Counted from the stretch's first letter, positions 44,265-54,735 are shown. The stretch: DNA of 64,000 nt from Gemmatimonadales bacterium (GCA_050114915.1 JASFRN010000002.1:76-64075), one strand, 5' to 3'. Notes: generated by a model not told the origin, from the sequence alone. Made by a program: numbers and translations.

Positions 44265-45656
44265 TCAGGGAAGCTCCATCGGCCGCAGCTCCTGGAGCCG
44301 GCCGGCGAGGGCGAGCACCGCCTCTTCGCTGCGCGGCCGCCCGACGATCTGCAGCCCGACCGGCAGGCCGTCGTCGTCGAGGCCCGCCGGGACGCATCCG
44401 ACGGGCAGCCCCGACAGGCTGAGCACGAAGGTCGGAGCGATCCAGTCGACGTAGGTCTGCATCTCCCGTCCCGCGATCGTCTCGGGATAGTTCTGTTCCA
44501 CGGGAAAGGGAGGTACGGCCGTGCACGGCGTCAGCACGTGATCGTACGTCTCGAACAGGTGGCGGAACTCGTCCCACATCCGCCCGCGCGCCTGCTCGGC
44601 CGCCGCCAGCTCGGCGACGGTGGTATCGAGGCCGGCTTCGATGTTGCCGCGCACGTTGTCGCCCAGCTCGTCGAGGCGGTCCAGGTGCCCGAGGTGGTGC
44701 GCGACCATCCAGTGCCCGCGGAGGGCGAGGAACGCTTCGAACCCGTAGGAGAGATCCAGTCCGATCTCCTCCACCTCGGCGCCCGCGCTGTCGAGCGCCA
44801 GCGCGCCCTCGCGGCAGACGCGCGCCACCCCGGGGTCGATGCCGAGCCCGACCGGATCCGGAACGTAGGCGACCCTCAGGTTCTTCGGCGGGCCGCGCCG
44901 CACGGCATAGGCGAATTCGCGCCCGCTTACCGACTGCGATGCGGGCGACAGCGGGCTGGCGCCGGAGACGGTGTCCAGCACCAGCGCGATGTCCTCCGCC
45001 GTTCGGCCGAGCGTGCCCGTGACCTGCAGGTCGTCCCAGAGGTACTTCGTCGGCCAGGTGGGCACGAGTCCGACGGAGGGCCGAAGTCCCACCACGCCGC
45101 AGAACGACGCCGGGATCCGCAGCGAGCCGCCGAGGTCCGTGCCCTCGGCGATCGCGATCATCCCGGTCGCCAGGGCGGCCGCGCCGCCGCCCGTCGAGCC
45201 GCCGGCGCTGAGCGCCGGGTTCCACGGGTTCCGGGTGCGCCCGAACACCTCGTTGAACGTGTTCCCGCCGGCCGCGAACTCGGGGGTGTTCGTCTTGCCC
45301 AGGATGATCGCGCCGGCCTCGCGCAGCCGCTTGACGATCAGCGCGTCCTCGTCGGGGACGTGGTTCGTGTACATCGGGGAGCCGTACGTCGTGCGCATCC
45401 CCGCCACCTCGGTGACGTCCTTGATGCCGACCGGCAGGCCGTACAGCGGGCCGCGCGGATCGCCGGCCGCCGCGGACTCCTCGAGCGCCCGCGCCTCCTC
45501 GAGCGCGGTGTCCGACAGCGTGACGAGCGCGTTCAGCTCGCCGTTGCGCCGCTCGACCACCTCGAGGCACGCCTCCACGAGCTGCGTCGGCGTGAGCTCC
45601 TCCGTGTCCATCAGGCGGCGGAGCTTCGAGGCCGGGAGACGCGTGACGTCGCTCAT
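44265..45656 (-). CDS. Amidase-signature family amidase
   Basis: 463 aa with a [12 protein letters not shown]...[12 protein letters not shown] signature. Confidence 0.85.
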   Translation of the reverse strand: MSDVTRLPASKLRRLMDTEELTPTQLVEACLEVVERRNGELNALVTLSDTALEEARALEESAAAGDPRGPLYGLPVGIKDVTEVAGMRTTYGSPMYTNHVPDEDALIVKRLREAGAIILGKTNTPEFAAGGNTFNEVFGRTRNPWNPALSAGGSTGGGAAALATGMIAIAEGTDLGGSLRIPASFCGVVGLRPSVGLVPTWPTKYLWDDLQVTGTLGRTAEDIALVLDTVSGASPLSPASQSVSGREFAYAVRRGPPKNLRVAYVPDPVGLGIDPGVARVCREGALALDSAGAEVEEIGLDLSYGFEAFLALRGHWMVAHHLGHLDRLDELGDNVRGNIEAGLDTTVAELAAAEQARGRMWDEFRHLFETYDHVLTPCTAVPPFPVEQNYPETIAGREMQTYVDWIAPTFVLSLSGLPVGCVPAGLDDDGLPVGLQIVGRPRSEEAVLALAGRLQELRPMELP

Positions 45657-45663
45657 CGGCCGC

Positions 45664-46452
45664 TCACTCGTCCAGGAACGCGATCGCGCGGCAGAACGCC
45701 GCCTCTCCGCCGCGGAACTTCCACGGGAAGATCCCGATCGTCAGGCGGCGATTCTGGATGTCGGGATGGCTGATGTCCCCCCCCATGTTCTCCACGTGCA
45801 TGCAATTGTGGGGGAAGAGCCGGTTGTGGGTCAGCTGGTAGTCCTCGTCGGGGAACAGGCGATCGACCTCGTCGGGACCGCCGAACTTCTCCTCCGCCTG
45901 CTTCCGCACGCGGTCGCAGTGCCCGAACGAGCCCTTCCCGAGGAAGCGGCCGATCGGAAGGTCCATCGGGTGATCGGTCGAGATCACGTCGACGCCCCAG
46001 ATGTGGATCTCCTTCTCCAGGAGCCACGGCACCATGTCGGGGTGCGCGCCCGGGTGTCGGTGGACGTACTTCTCTTCGTCCGGCTCGGCCCCGAACTGCG
46101 CGTACCGGTGCCATCCGGTATGCAGGATCAGGCGGTCGCCCTTCCGCACCTCGACCCGGCTTTCGATCATCTCGGGGGTGTAGACGGCGAGCTCGTCCAT
46201 CTCGTCCGTCAGGTCGACCACGACCCCCGGCCCGTACAGCCAGTCGAGCGGGATCTGGTCGATCGTCATCCCGCCGGTGACGAAGTGGCGGGGCGCGTCG
46301 AGGTGGGTGCCCATGTGGTTCGACGTCTGGATGTACTGGGCGTTCACCCCGTGCTCCACCTTCCTCTTAATGTACTTTACCTCAAAGGGTGGATAGTACG
46401 GCCAGAAAAAAACTTCCTGGTTGAGAGGCTGTGAGAGATCGTAGAGCGTCAT
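45664..46452 (-). CDS. Cyclase-family metal-dependent hydrolase (kynurenine formamidase/isatin hydrolase family)
   Basis: HxGTHxDxPxH motif (NHMGTHLDAPRH). 262 aa. Confidence 0.8.
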   Translation of the reverse strand: MTLYDLSQPLNQEVFFWPYYPPFEVKYIKRKVEHGVNAQYIQTSNHMGTHLDAPRHFVTGGMTIDQIPLDWLYGPGVVVDLTDEMDELAVYTPEMIESRVEVRKGDRLILHTGWHRYAQFGAEPDEEKYVHRHPGAHPDMVPWLLEKEIHIWGVDVISTDHPMDLPIGRFLGKGSFGHCDRVRKQAEEKFGGPDEVDRLFPDEDYQLTHNRLFPHNCMHVENMGGDISHPDIQNRRLTIGIFPWKFRGGEAAFCRAIAFLDE

Positions 46453-48032
46453 GGCTTCTCCTGGTGCGGATTCGCGGTCCGTTCATCGAGCGCATCTGTG
46501 GCGGCCGGGGCCGCCTCGAACAGGGCGCGCACCGCCGGCTTCGTGACTTTCCCCATCGCGTTCTTCGGTAGCTCCCCGACGCGGAGGACGCGCGTCGGCA
46601 GCTTGTACGGAGCGAGTCGCTCGCGCGCCCAGTCTCGCACTTCGTCGCGATCCAGGTCGCGCCGAGCGACGAGCGCGGCGCACACGGCCTCGCCCCAGTC
46701 GGGATCGGCGACTCCGACCACCGCGCACTCATCGATCGAGGGATGGCCGCCGAGCACGTTCTCGATCTCGAGGGCCGACACCTTGTAGCCGCCCGTCTTG
46801 ATGATATCGACCGAGCGTCGTCCGAGAATCCGGAAGGCGCCGTCCTCGACGATCGCCACGTCGCCGGTCCGGAACCAGCCGTCCCGGAAGGCGGATGCCG
46901 TCTCGGCGGGCCGCTCCCAGTATTCGCGGAACACGGCCGGGCCGCGGACGTGGATCTCGCCGGACAAGCCTGGATCGACCTCGGCGCCATCCTCGTCGAG
47001 GAGACGGATCTCCACCCCGGGAAGGGGTCGACCCACGTGGCCAGGCCGGCGCTCGCCGTGCAGCGGATTCGACAGGGCCATGCCGATCTCCGTCATGCCG
47101 TAGCGCTCGAGCAGCGTGTGGCCGGTGATCTCCCGCCAGCGCTCGAACACGGGCACCGGGAGCGCCGCCGAGCCCGAGACCATGAGCCGCAGCCGCCGGG
47201 CGCCGTCCGACAGCCGCGCGCGGTCGTCGGGCTCGGCCGCTTCCCAGGCCCGGATCAGGCGGACGTAGACGGTAGGGACGGCCATGAACAGGCTGGTCCG
47301 TTCGTCGGTCAGTCGTTCCCACACGGTCGCCGCGTCGAAGGCGGGCAGCATGTCGACGGTCGCCCCGACGCGGAGCGCGCAGAGCAGGGCGTTGACGATC
47401 CCGTGCGTGTGGTGCAGCGGCAGGACATGCACGATCCGGTCGTCGCCGGTCCAGCCCCACGCCTCGACCAGCGCATCAACGGTGGCCTTGAGGTTCCCGT
47501 GACTGAGGACGACCCCCTTCGGCCGCCCGGTCGTGCCGCTCGTGTAGAGGATGAGGGCCGGCCGCTCGGTCGCCCCTTCGCGGGCCGCGCCGGCCGCGGA
47601 CATGGCCGCCGTCCCCTCTGTGTGTACATGTGTACGGTCAGAGAACGACAGCAGATCCTCCGCTCCAAGCAGGGCCGCGTCCCGCTCCGCCGCGAGTGGT
47701 GCGAGCCGTCCCGCGGCGTCCCCTCCGCCCGCCACGACGAGTCCCGCCCGCGTATCGTCGAGCACGTAGGCGAGCTCGGGATCGGGGTGAGAGAGGCAGA
47801 GCGGCACGGCGATGCCGCCGGCGCGCCAGGTTCCCAGAAGCGTCGCCACGTAGCCGAAGCCCGGGGGCACGTGGATCGCCACCCGGGTCCCGCCGAGGTC
47901 GCTGGGGCCCGGCGGTTCGATCGCGGCCAGCAGTCCGGCGGCCACGCGGTCGGCGGCCGCGTCGAGCTCCGCGTAGGAATGGCTTCCGGCGCCGTCGACG
48001 ATCGCGATCCGGTCGTCCGCCGCGTCGATCAT
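46449..48032 (-). CDS. AMP-dependent synthetase/ligase (acyl/aryl-CoA ligase)
   Basis: AMP-binding motif YTSGTTGRPKGV, YGMTEIG, and a C-terminal GWFRTGD...GRRSVDIIKTGGYKV. The ATG overlaps the NCS1 stop (ATGA). Confidence 0.85.
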   Translation of the reverse strand: MIDAADDRIAIVDGAGSHSYAELDAAADRVAAGLLAAIEPPGPSDLGGTRVAIHVPPGFGYVATLLGTWRAGGIAVPLCLSHPDPELAYVLDDTRAGLVVAGGGDAAGRLAPLAAERDAALLGAEDLLSFSDRTHVHTEGTAAMSAAGAAREGATERPALILYTSGTTGRPKGVVLSHGNLKATVDALVEAWGWTGDDRIVHVLPLHHTHGIVNALLCALRVGATVDMLPAFDAATVWERLTDERTSLFMAVPTVYVRLIRAWEAAEPDDRARLSDGARRLRLMVSGSAALPVPVFERWREITGHTLLERYGMTEIGMALSNPLHGERRPGHVGRPLPGVEIRLLDEDGAEVDPGLSGEIHVRGPAVFREYWERPAETASAFRDGWFRTGDVAIVEDGAFRILGRRSVDIIKTGGYKVSALEIENVLGGHPSIDECAVVGVADPDWGEAVCAALVARRDLDRDEVRDWARERLAPYKLPTRVLRVGELPKNAMGKVTKPAVRALFEAAPAATDALDERTANPHQEKP

Positions 48033-49477
48033 CGGCGCATCAACGCGGCGTAGACCACGGCGGCGACGATCGTCGCGCTGAACCAGGCGCCCTCGAACAG
48101 AAACGAGAGGGCGGGGACGATCAGCCCGAGTACCGCGACGCCGATCCCGGCGAGGGTCGCCCATACCGCCGCCGGGTTCACGCCGGAGCCGCCGTACGCG
48201 TATTCCGATCCCTCCGTGTACAGGGCGTCGAGGTCCAGGCGGCCGCGCCGGACCCAGAGGAAATCGCACAGGATCACGCCGCCGACCGCTCCCAGCAGTC
48301 CCGAATACGTGATCAGCCAGCCCTGGTAGAGATCGAGAAGCTTCCAGGGGAAGATGAGGATCCCGGCCGTCGCGGCGAGCAGGCCGCCCGCCCGGAAGCT
48401 GATCGTTCGCGGCGCCAGGTTCGAGAGGCTGTTGGCCGGGCTGACCACGTTGGCGGCGATATTCGTGCTCAGCGTCGCGACCACGATCGCGCCGAGCGAA
48501 ACGAGGGCCAGGCCGGCTCCGCCGCCCTCGGCCGCGAGGCGAGCCAGCAGGTCGACCGGGTTCCAGATCGCCTCGCCGTACAGGATCACCGTCGCGCTCG
48601 TGACGGCGAGTCCGATGAACGAGAACAGGGGCATCGTGACGAGGAGGCCGATCGCCTGGCCGGCGGCCTGGTCGCGCTGGCTGCGGGCGTAGCGCGTGAA
48701 GTCGGGGATGTTCAGCGATAGCGTGGCCCAGAACCCCACCATCGCCGTGAGCCACGGCAGGAACAGGGTGAGGAAGTAGCGCGTCGGCGGAATCTCTGGC
48801 CGGGCCGCGACGAGCGCGTCCGACTGCGCGAGGATCGTCCCGAGTCCGCCCACCCGCCGTACCGCCCACAGCAGCAGCGCGAGGCCCATGAAGATGAGGA
48901 ACGGCGCCGCGAGAGTCTCCAGCCACTTGATGCTCTCGGTGCCGGCCCACACGAAGTACACGTTCATCAGCCAGAACAGCAGGAAGCCGGCGTACTCCCC
49001 GGCGCCGTAACCCATGAACGTCCTCCCTCCCCCCAGCGCCGACCAGGCGGGCCACAGCGTTCCGAGCAGGGCGTGGATGGCGAGTCCGCCGATCCAGGTC
49101 TGGATGCCGAACCACCCGCAGGCGACGAGCGAGCGGGCGAGCGACGGGATGTGGGCGCCGCCGAGCCCGAACGACGCCCGGGCGTAGACCGGGAAGGGGA
49201 TGCCGTACCGCGCTCCCGCGTAGCCGTTGGCGATCAGCGGCAGCAGCACGATCACGTTGCCCAGCAGGATGGCGAGCAGGCTGGCCCGCCAGCTCATCCC
49301 CGCCTGGATCATGCTCGAGGACAGCATGTAGGTGGGGATGCACACGCTCATCCCGACCCAGAGGGCGGCCAGGTGCCAGGTGTTCCACGTGCGGGCGGCC
49401 TCCGGCGTCGGCGCCAGGTCCGCGTTGCTCAGGCGGTCCGCGGGGCCGGATGGAGTGTGCACGGCCGGCCCGCTCAC
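48029..49477 (-). CDS. NCS1-family nucleobase/hydantoin/vitamin:cation symporter
   Basis: 482 aa with 12 predicted TM segments. The N-terminus ...NADLAPTPEAARTWNTWHLAALWVGMSVCIPTY is typical of NCS1 (CodB/PucI/Mhp1-like). Confidence 0.8.
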   Translation of the reverse strand: MSGPAVHTPSGPADRLSNADLAPTPEAARTWNTWHLAALWVGMSVCIPTYMLSSSMIQAGMSWRASLLAILLGNVIVLLPLIANGYAGARYGIPFPVYARASFGLGGAHIPSLARSLVACGWFGIQTWIGGLAIHALLGTLWPAWSALGGGRTFMGYGAGEYAGFLLFWLMNVYFVWAGTESIKWLETLAAPFLIFMGLALLLWAVRRVGGLGTILAQSDALVAARPEIPPTRYFLTLFLPWLTAMVGFWATLSLNIPDFTRYARSQRDQAAGQAIGLLVTMPLFSFIGLAVTSATVILYGEAIWNPVDLLARLAAEGGGAGLALVSLGAIVVATLSTNIAANVVSPANSLSNLAPRTISFRAGGLLAATAGILIFPWKLLDLYQGWLITYSGLLGAVGGVILCDFLWVRRGRLDLDALYTEGSEYAYGGSGVNPAAVWATLAGIGVAVLGLIVPALSFLFEGAWFSATIVAAVVYAALMRR

Positions 49478-50379
49478 GCGGACGCCCCGGCCAGTGCTCG
49501 GCGTGTGAGCACGCCTGCCAGGTGGCGGCGATAGGCCGGCGTCGCATGGATGTCGCCCGGCGGATCGAGGGATGCCGCGACGGCCGCGGCGGCGTCCGCG
49601 GCGGCCGCGTCATCGAGCCGGCGGCCCCGCAGGACGTCGGCCTCCGAGCTCGCGGCCACTGGTCCCTCGGCCACGCCGAGCAGCGCGATCGCGGCGTCCG
49701 CCACGGTTCCGTCGGGCGCGGGAGTCACCGCCACCGCCACGCCGGCGAGGGCGAAGTCTCCCTGCCGGCGCGATACCTCCTCGAAGGCGAAGCGCGTCCC
49801 GGGGCGGGCCGGGGGGATCTCCACCCGCACGAGGAGCTCGCCGGGCTCGAGCGCCGTGGTGAACAGCGACACGTAGAACTCGGCCGCCGGGATCCGGCGC
49901 GTCCCGCCCGGTCCGCGCGCGACGAAAGTCGCGCCGAGGGCGAGCATCACCGCGGGCAGCTCCGCGGCCGGGTCGGCGTGGGCGAGGCTCCCGCCGATCG
50001 TGCCGCGATTCCGGATTTGCGGATGGGCGATCCACGGCATCGTCCGGGCGAGGAGGGGGCAGCGCTCCCGTACGAGGGCGCTGCGCTCGACCTCCGACTG
50101 CCGCACCATGGCGCCGATCGAAAGCCCGCCGCCCTCGCCCGCGTCTCCGTGGTCGCCCGCGTCTCCGTCGTCGCCGCTCACGCCCGCGCGGATGCCCCGG
50201 AGCTCGTCGACGTCGGCGAGATCGACCAGCAGGCCCGGGGCGGCCAGCCGGAAGTTCAGGGCCGGGATGAGGCTCTGCCCGCCGGCCAGCGCCCTCGCGG
50301 CGTCTCCTGCGTCGGCGAGGGCCGCGAGGGCCGCCTCCAGCGACGGCGGGCGGACGTAGTCGAACGGCGGCGGCTTCAC
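49474..50379 (-). CDS. Molybdenum hydroxylase FAD-binding (medium, CoxM/XdhB-like) subunit
   Basis: The GTG start overlaps the large-subunit stop (GTGA). ...LAGGQSLIPALNFRLAAP... FAD-binding motif. Confidence 0.8.
   Translation of the reverse strand: MKPPPFDYVRPPSLEAALAALADAGDAARALAGGQSLIPALNFRLAAPGLLVDLADVDELRGIRAGVSGDDGDAGDHGDAGEGGGLSIGAMVRQSEVERSALVRERCPLLARTMPWIAHPQIRNRGTIGGSLAHADPAAELPAVMLALGATFVARGPGGTRRIPAAEFYVSLFTTALEPGELLVRVEIPPARPGTRFAFEEVSRRQGDFALAGVAVAVTPAPDGTVADAAIALLGVAEGPVAASSEADVLRGRRLDDAAAADAAAAVAASLDPPGDIHATPAYRRHLAGVLTRRALAGASA
50141..50176 (-). repeat. In-frame 18-bp tandem duplication inside the medium-subunit gene
   Basis: gcgtctccgtggtcgccc followed by gcgtctccgtcgtcgccg (16 of 18 identical). 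On the coding strand this gives the GDDGDA/GDHGDA acidic insert. Confidence 0.5.
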
Positions 50380-52772
50380 GCGGAGTCTCCGGGGCCGTCG
50401 GCGCTGCGGCCGGCCGCCGCCATCAGCTCGAACAGTCGGTTCGGGCTGAGCGGCATCTCGAGAATCTCCGGGGCGCCGTCGCCCAGCGCGTCCTCGATCG
50501 CCTGGGCGAACAGCGCGGCGACCGGGATCGCCCCCGCCTCGCCGACCCCCTTGATGCCGAGCGGATTGAGCGGGGAGGGCGTGGACAGGTGGGACGTCTC
50601 GATCGCGGGAACGTCCGTCGCGGTGGGCAGGAGGTAGTCCATGAACGAGGCGTTGAGCAGCTGCCCGCCCTCGTCGAACACGAGTTGCTCGTAGAACGAG
50701 TTGCCGATGCCGTGCGCGACGCCGCCGTGGATCTGGCCCTCGACGATCATCGGGTTGATGACGGTGCCGCAATCGTGGACGACCACGTACTTGAGGACCT
50801 CGAGCATCGCCGTGTCGGGATCGACCTCGAGGATCATCGCGTGCACGCCACTCGCCGTGGCGCCACGCTCGGGACCGAAATACGCGGTCGCCTCGAGGCC
50901 CGGCTCAGTGCCGGGCTTCACGGCGCCGCGCAGCGGATTCGCGCGCGCCGCGAGCTCGGCCAGGCCAATCCGTCGCTCAGGGGCCAGCCGAACCCGCGCG
51001 ACGCCGTCCTCGAGCTCCAGCTCCTCGGGCTCCGCCTCCAGCACCTCGCCGGCGAGGGCGAGCACCTTCTCGCGCACGGCGACGGCAGCAGCGTGGACGG
51101 CATTGCCGGCGACGACGGCGCCGCGGCTCGCGAACGTCCCGGTGCCCCACGAGAACTTCGACGTGTCGCCCGTCACCACGTCCACGTCGGAGGCCTGAAG
51201 GCCGAGCGGACCGGCCGCTAGCTGGGCGAACGACGTGAAGTGGCCCTGGCCCTGGGTGCCGACGCCGGTGACGAGGCTGATCCGGCCGTCGCTGCGCACC
51301 GAGACGCGCGCGCCCTCGTACGGGCCGATCCCGGTGCCCTCGACGTAGCACACGACGCCGATCCCGACGTGCCGCCCCTCGGCGCGCAGCGCCGGCTGCT
51401 TCGTCCCGCGGAACTCGTCCCAGCCGATCGCCTCGAGCGCCCGGTCGAGGGCGGGCTCGTAGTCGCCGCTGTCGTACACGAGCGGAGCGAAGTCCTGGTA
51501 GAGGATCTCGTGGTCGTGCGGGAATTCCTCGGGCGCCAGCAGGTTCCGGCGCCGGATCTCGCCCGGCTCGAGGCCCAGCTCGGTGGCGGCGAGATCGAGC
51601 AGGCGCTCGACGACGAACACCCCGTGCTGTCGTCCGGCGCCGCGCACGGGCGTGACGATCGGTCGGTTCGTGTAGACGAGCCGGAACTCGCTCTCGTAGT
51701 TGGGGACGCGGTACTGCCCGAGCAGCGTGCACTGGCTGTTGATCGGCACCGTCAGGCCATAGGGGTTGTAGGCGCCGGTGTCGCACACGAAGCGGTCGCG
51801 GATCCCGAGGATGTGGCCGTCGGCGTCGAGCGCGATCTCCGCGTCGTGCACCTGGTCGCGCTCCTGCGTCGTCGCGAAGAAGCTCTCCTGCCGGTCCTCG
51901 ATCCACTTCACGGGCCGTCCGAGGCGCATCGCGGCCCACGGCAGCAGCACCTCCTCGGGATAGAACATCATGATCTTGGGTCCGAAGCCGCCCCCGATGA
52001 ACGGCGCGATCACCCGGACCTGGGTCTCGGGCAGCCCGAGCAGGGCCGCGAGCCCGTTGCGTATCGGGATCGGCGCCTGCGTCGTGTCCCACACCGTGAG
52101 CTCGCCCGCGCGCTCGTCCCACCGCGCGACGATGCCGCGGTTCTCGATCGGCGCGGACGCGCCGCGATCGAGCCGCAGCGTGCGGCGGATCCGCAGGGCG
52201 GCCCCGGCCGCGGCCGCGTCGAAGCTCCCCTTCGACTGCACCACGTGGGCGGCGAGGTTGGAATCGAACTGGTCGTGGATCCGCGGGGCGCCCTCGGCCA
52301 GGCTGTCCTCGGTCCGTCCGACCGCCGGCAGCGGCTCGACGTCCACGTATGCGAGGGCGGCCGCGTCCTCCGCTTCGTAGCGGGTCCGGGCCACGACCAT
52401 CGCGATCGGCTCGCCCACGTGCCGGACCTTCTCCTTCGCGAGCGGCACCTGGGTGGCGGAGCGAAACGTCATCCGCTCGATCGGGGGCGGGGAGACGAGC
52501 AGCGGGCCGGGCGCCCAGTAGTCGCCGAGATCCTCGGCCGCCCAGGCGGCCACGACCCCGGGATGTTCCCGAACCGCCCGCAGGTCGACGCCCCGCAGGC
52601 GCCCGTGCGCGTGATCGCTGCGCACGAACGCCACGTGGAGCATCCCGTCGAGGTGGACGTCGTCCACGAACAGGGCCGCGCCCGTCAGCAGGCGCTCGTC
52701 CTCGTTCCGCCGCGGTTCGGTCCCGAGCAACGGGCTCGCGGCCGTCACGCTCAGCTCGGCGACGTCGCTCAC
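50376..52772 (-). CDS. Molybdenum hydroxylase large (molybdopterin-binding, CoxL/XdhA-like) subunit
   Basis: 798 aa. The GTG start overlaps the small-subunit stop. The N-terminus RRNEDERLLTGAALFVDDV is an aldehyde oxidase/XDH a/b-hammerhead pattern. Confidence 0.85.
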   Translation of the reverse strand: MSDVAELSVTAASPLLGTEPRRNEDERLLTGAALFVDDVHLDGMLHVAFVRSDHAHGRLRGVDLRAVREHPGVVAAWAAEDLGDYWAPGPLLVSPPPIERMTFRSATQVPLAKEKVRHVGEPIAMVVARTRYEAEDAAALAYVDVEPLPAVGRTEDSLAEGAPRIHDQFDSNLAAHVVQSKGSFDAAAAGAALRIRRTLRLDRGASAPIENRGIVARWDERAGELTVWDTTQAPIPIRNGLAALLGLPETQVRVIAPFIGGGFGPKIMMFYPEEVLLPWAAMRLGRPVKWIEDRQESFFATTQERDQVHDAEIALDADGHILGIRDRFVCDTGAYNPYGLTVPINSQCTLLGQYRVPNYESEFRLVYTNRPIVTPVRGAGRQHGVFVVERLLDLAATELGLEPGEIRRRNLLAPEEFPHDHEILYQDFAPLVYDSGDYEPALDRALEAIGWDEFRGTKQPALRAEGRHVGIGVVCYVEGTGIGPYEGARVSVRSDGRISLVTGVGTQGQGHFTSFAQLAAGPLGLQASDVDVVTGDTSKFSWGTGTFASRGAVVAGNAVHAAAVAVREKVLALAGEVLEAEPEELELEDGVARVRLAPERRIGLAELAARANPLRGAVKPGTEPGLEATAYFGPERGATASGVHAMILEVDPDTAMLEVLKYVVVHDCGTVINPMIVEGQIHGGVAHGIGNSFYEQLVFDEGGQLLNASFMDYLLPTATDVPAIETSHLSTPSPLNPLGIKGVGEAGAIPVAALFAQAIEDALGDGAPEILEMPLSPNRLFELMAAAGRSADGPGDSA

Positions 52773-53269
52773 CCGCGCATCCGTTCCGCCGCCAGCCGGA
52801 CGGCGGCGACGATGTTCTGGTAGCCGGTGCACCGGCAGAGATTGCCGGAGATCGCCTCGCGTATCTGCTGCTCGTCGGGATCGGGGTTCTCCGCCAGGAA
52901 GGGGACGAGCGTCGTGAGGATGCCCGGGGTGCAGAAGCCGCACTGCAGGCCGTGCGCGTCGTGGAAGGCCGCCTGGATCGGATGGAGCTCGCCGTCGGGC
53001 CCGCCGAGAGCCGCGAGCCCTTCGACGGTGGTGATCTCGCGGCCGTCCGCCTGCACGGCCAGCAGGATGCAGGAGCGCACGGGCTCGCCGTCGAACAGCA
53101 CCGTGCAGGCGCCGCACACGCCGTGCTCGCAGCCCACGTGGGTGCCCGTGAGACGCAGTTCGTGCCGCAGGAAGTCGCTGAGCAGGAGGCGCGGTTCCAC
53201 CTCTCGCTCGAATCGCTCCCCGTTCACCGTCACGGCGATCGCTCGACGATCGATCCGTTCCAAGGGCAT
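52769..53269 (-). CDS. Molybdenum hydroxylase small [2Fe-2S] (CoxS-like) subunit
   Basis: CEHGVCGAC and CGFCTPG...CRCTGY cysteine motifs. 166 aa. Confidence 0.9.
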   Translation of the reverse strand: MPLERIDRRAIAVTVNGERFEREVEPRLLLSDFLRHELRLTGTHVGCEHGVCGACTVLFDGEPVRSCILLAVQADGREITTVEGLAALGGPDGELHPIQAAFHDAHGLQCGFCTPGILTTLVPFLAENPDPDEQQIREAISGNLCRCTGYQNIVAAVRLAAERMRG

Positions 53270-53387
53270 CGCCTTCCGATCGGGTGGGCCGCCGGGGCGG
53301 CCGGAAACTGCCGCTAAGACTAGACTTGTGGAGCGGCGGGCGGCAACCGCGCCGGGCCGGCGGAGGCCGCGGGCCGCACGGGCTGGC

Positions 53388-53990
<603 letters not shown>

Positions 53991-54018
53991 CGGGTTGGCT
54001 CCGTTCGCGGTTCGAGGC

Positions 54019-54723
54019 TCAACGCTTGCGGCCGATCTCCGACAGCAGCTCGAGCTGGATCTCCTGGATCTCGGCCAGGCGCTCCCACTGCTGCGAGAGC
54101 AGGTGGTCCACCTTCTCGTGCAGATGCCGGATCTCGAGCTCGGCCTTGAGGTTCACCTGGTAGTCGTGCTGCGAGCGCAGCCGGTCCTTCGCCTCCTGCC
54201 GGTTCTGGCTCATCATGATGATCGGCGCCTGGATCGCCGCCAGGCAGGACAGGACCAGGTTGAGCAGGATGAACGGATAGGGGTCGACCGGGCGGCGCGT
54301 GAGCACCACGGTGTTCACGCCCACCCACACCAGCAGGAACCCCGCGAACAGGACCAGGAAGGTCCAGCTGCCGCCGAACTCGGCGATCCCGTCCGCGAGT
54401 CGCTCGCCGAACGTCCATTCGGTCTCGAATTCCTCCTCGACGTCGCGCGCCACGAACTCGTGCCGTTCGAGGCTGAGGAGGACTTCCTGCTCGAGCGCCG
54501 AGAGGTCGCCGCGTTCCGACACGAGCAGGGAGTGCACGTACGCCGCGCGGAAACGGTTCAGGTCGTCGCGGCAGATGAACTCGTCGGCCGTCCAATCGGG
54601 GTGCTCGAGCTGGATCTGCTGCACGACGGCGTCTCTCACCGCCGAGCCCGGGACGAGCTCGCGGGCGCGCAGCGTCCGCCCGCAGATCGGACACTCGTGG
54701 CGCTTCGTGTGCGTGTGGCTCAT
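54019..54723 (-). CDS. DUF1003-domain membrane protein with an N-terminal zinc-ribbon-like motif
   Basis: HECPICGR...FICRDDL at the N-terminus. Two TM helices, then [29 protein letters not shown], which is the DUF1003 pattern. Confidence 0.65.
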   Translation of the reverse strand: MSHTHTKRHECPICGRTLRARELVPGSAVRDAVVQQIQLEHPDWTADEFICRDDLNRFRAAYVHSLLVSERGDLSALEQEVLLSLERHEFVARDVEEEFETEWTFGERLADGIAEFGGSWTFLVLFAGFLLVWVGVNTVVLTRRPVDPYPFILLNLVLSCLAAIQAPIIMMSQNRQEAKDRLRSQHDYQVNLKAELEIRHLHEKVDHLLSQQWERLAEIQEIQLELLSEIGRKR

Positions 54724-54735
54724 GCGTCGCTCGGT

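Noticed and set aside
46449-49613. Single 1054-aa ORF spanning three genes
   Set aside because: It is a read-through of an upstream out-of-frame region. The real genes are the AMP-ligase (46449..48032, internal ATG overlapping the NCS1 stop) and the separately framed NCS1 transporter (48029..49477).
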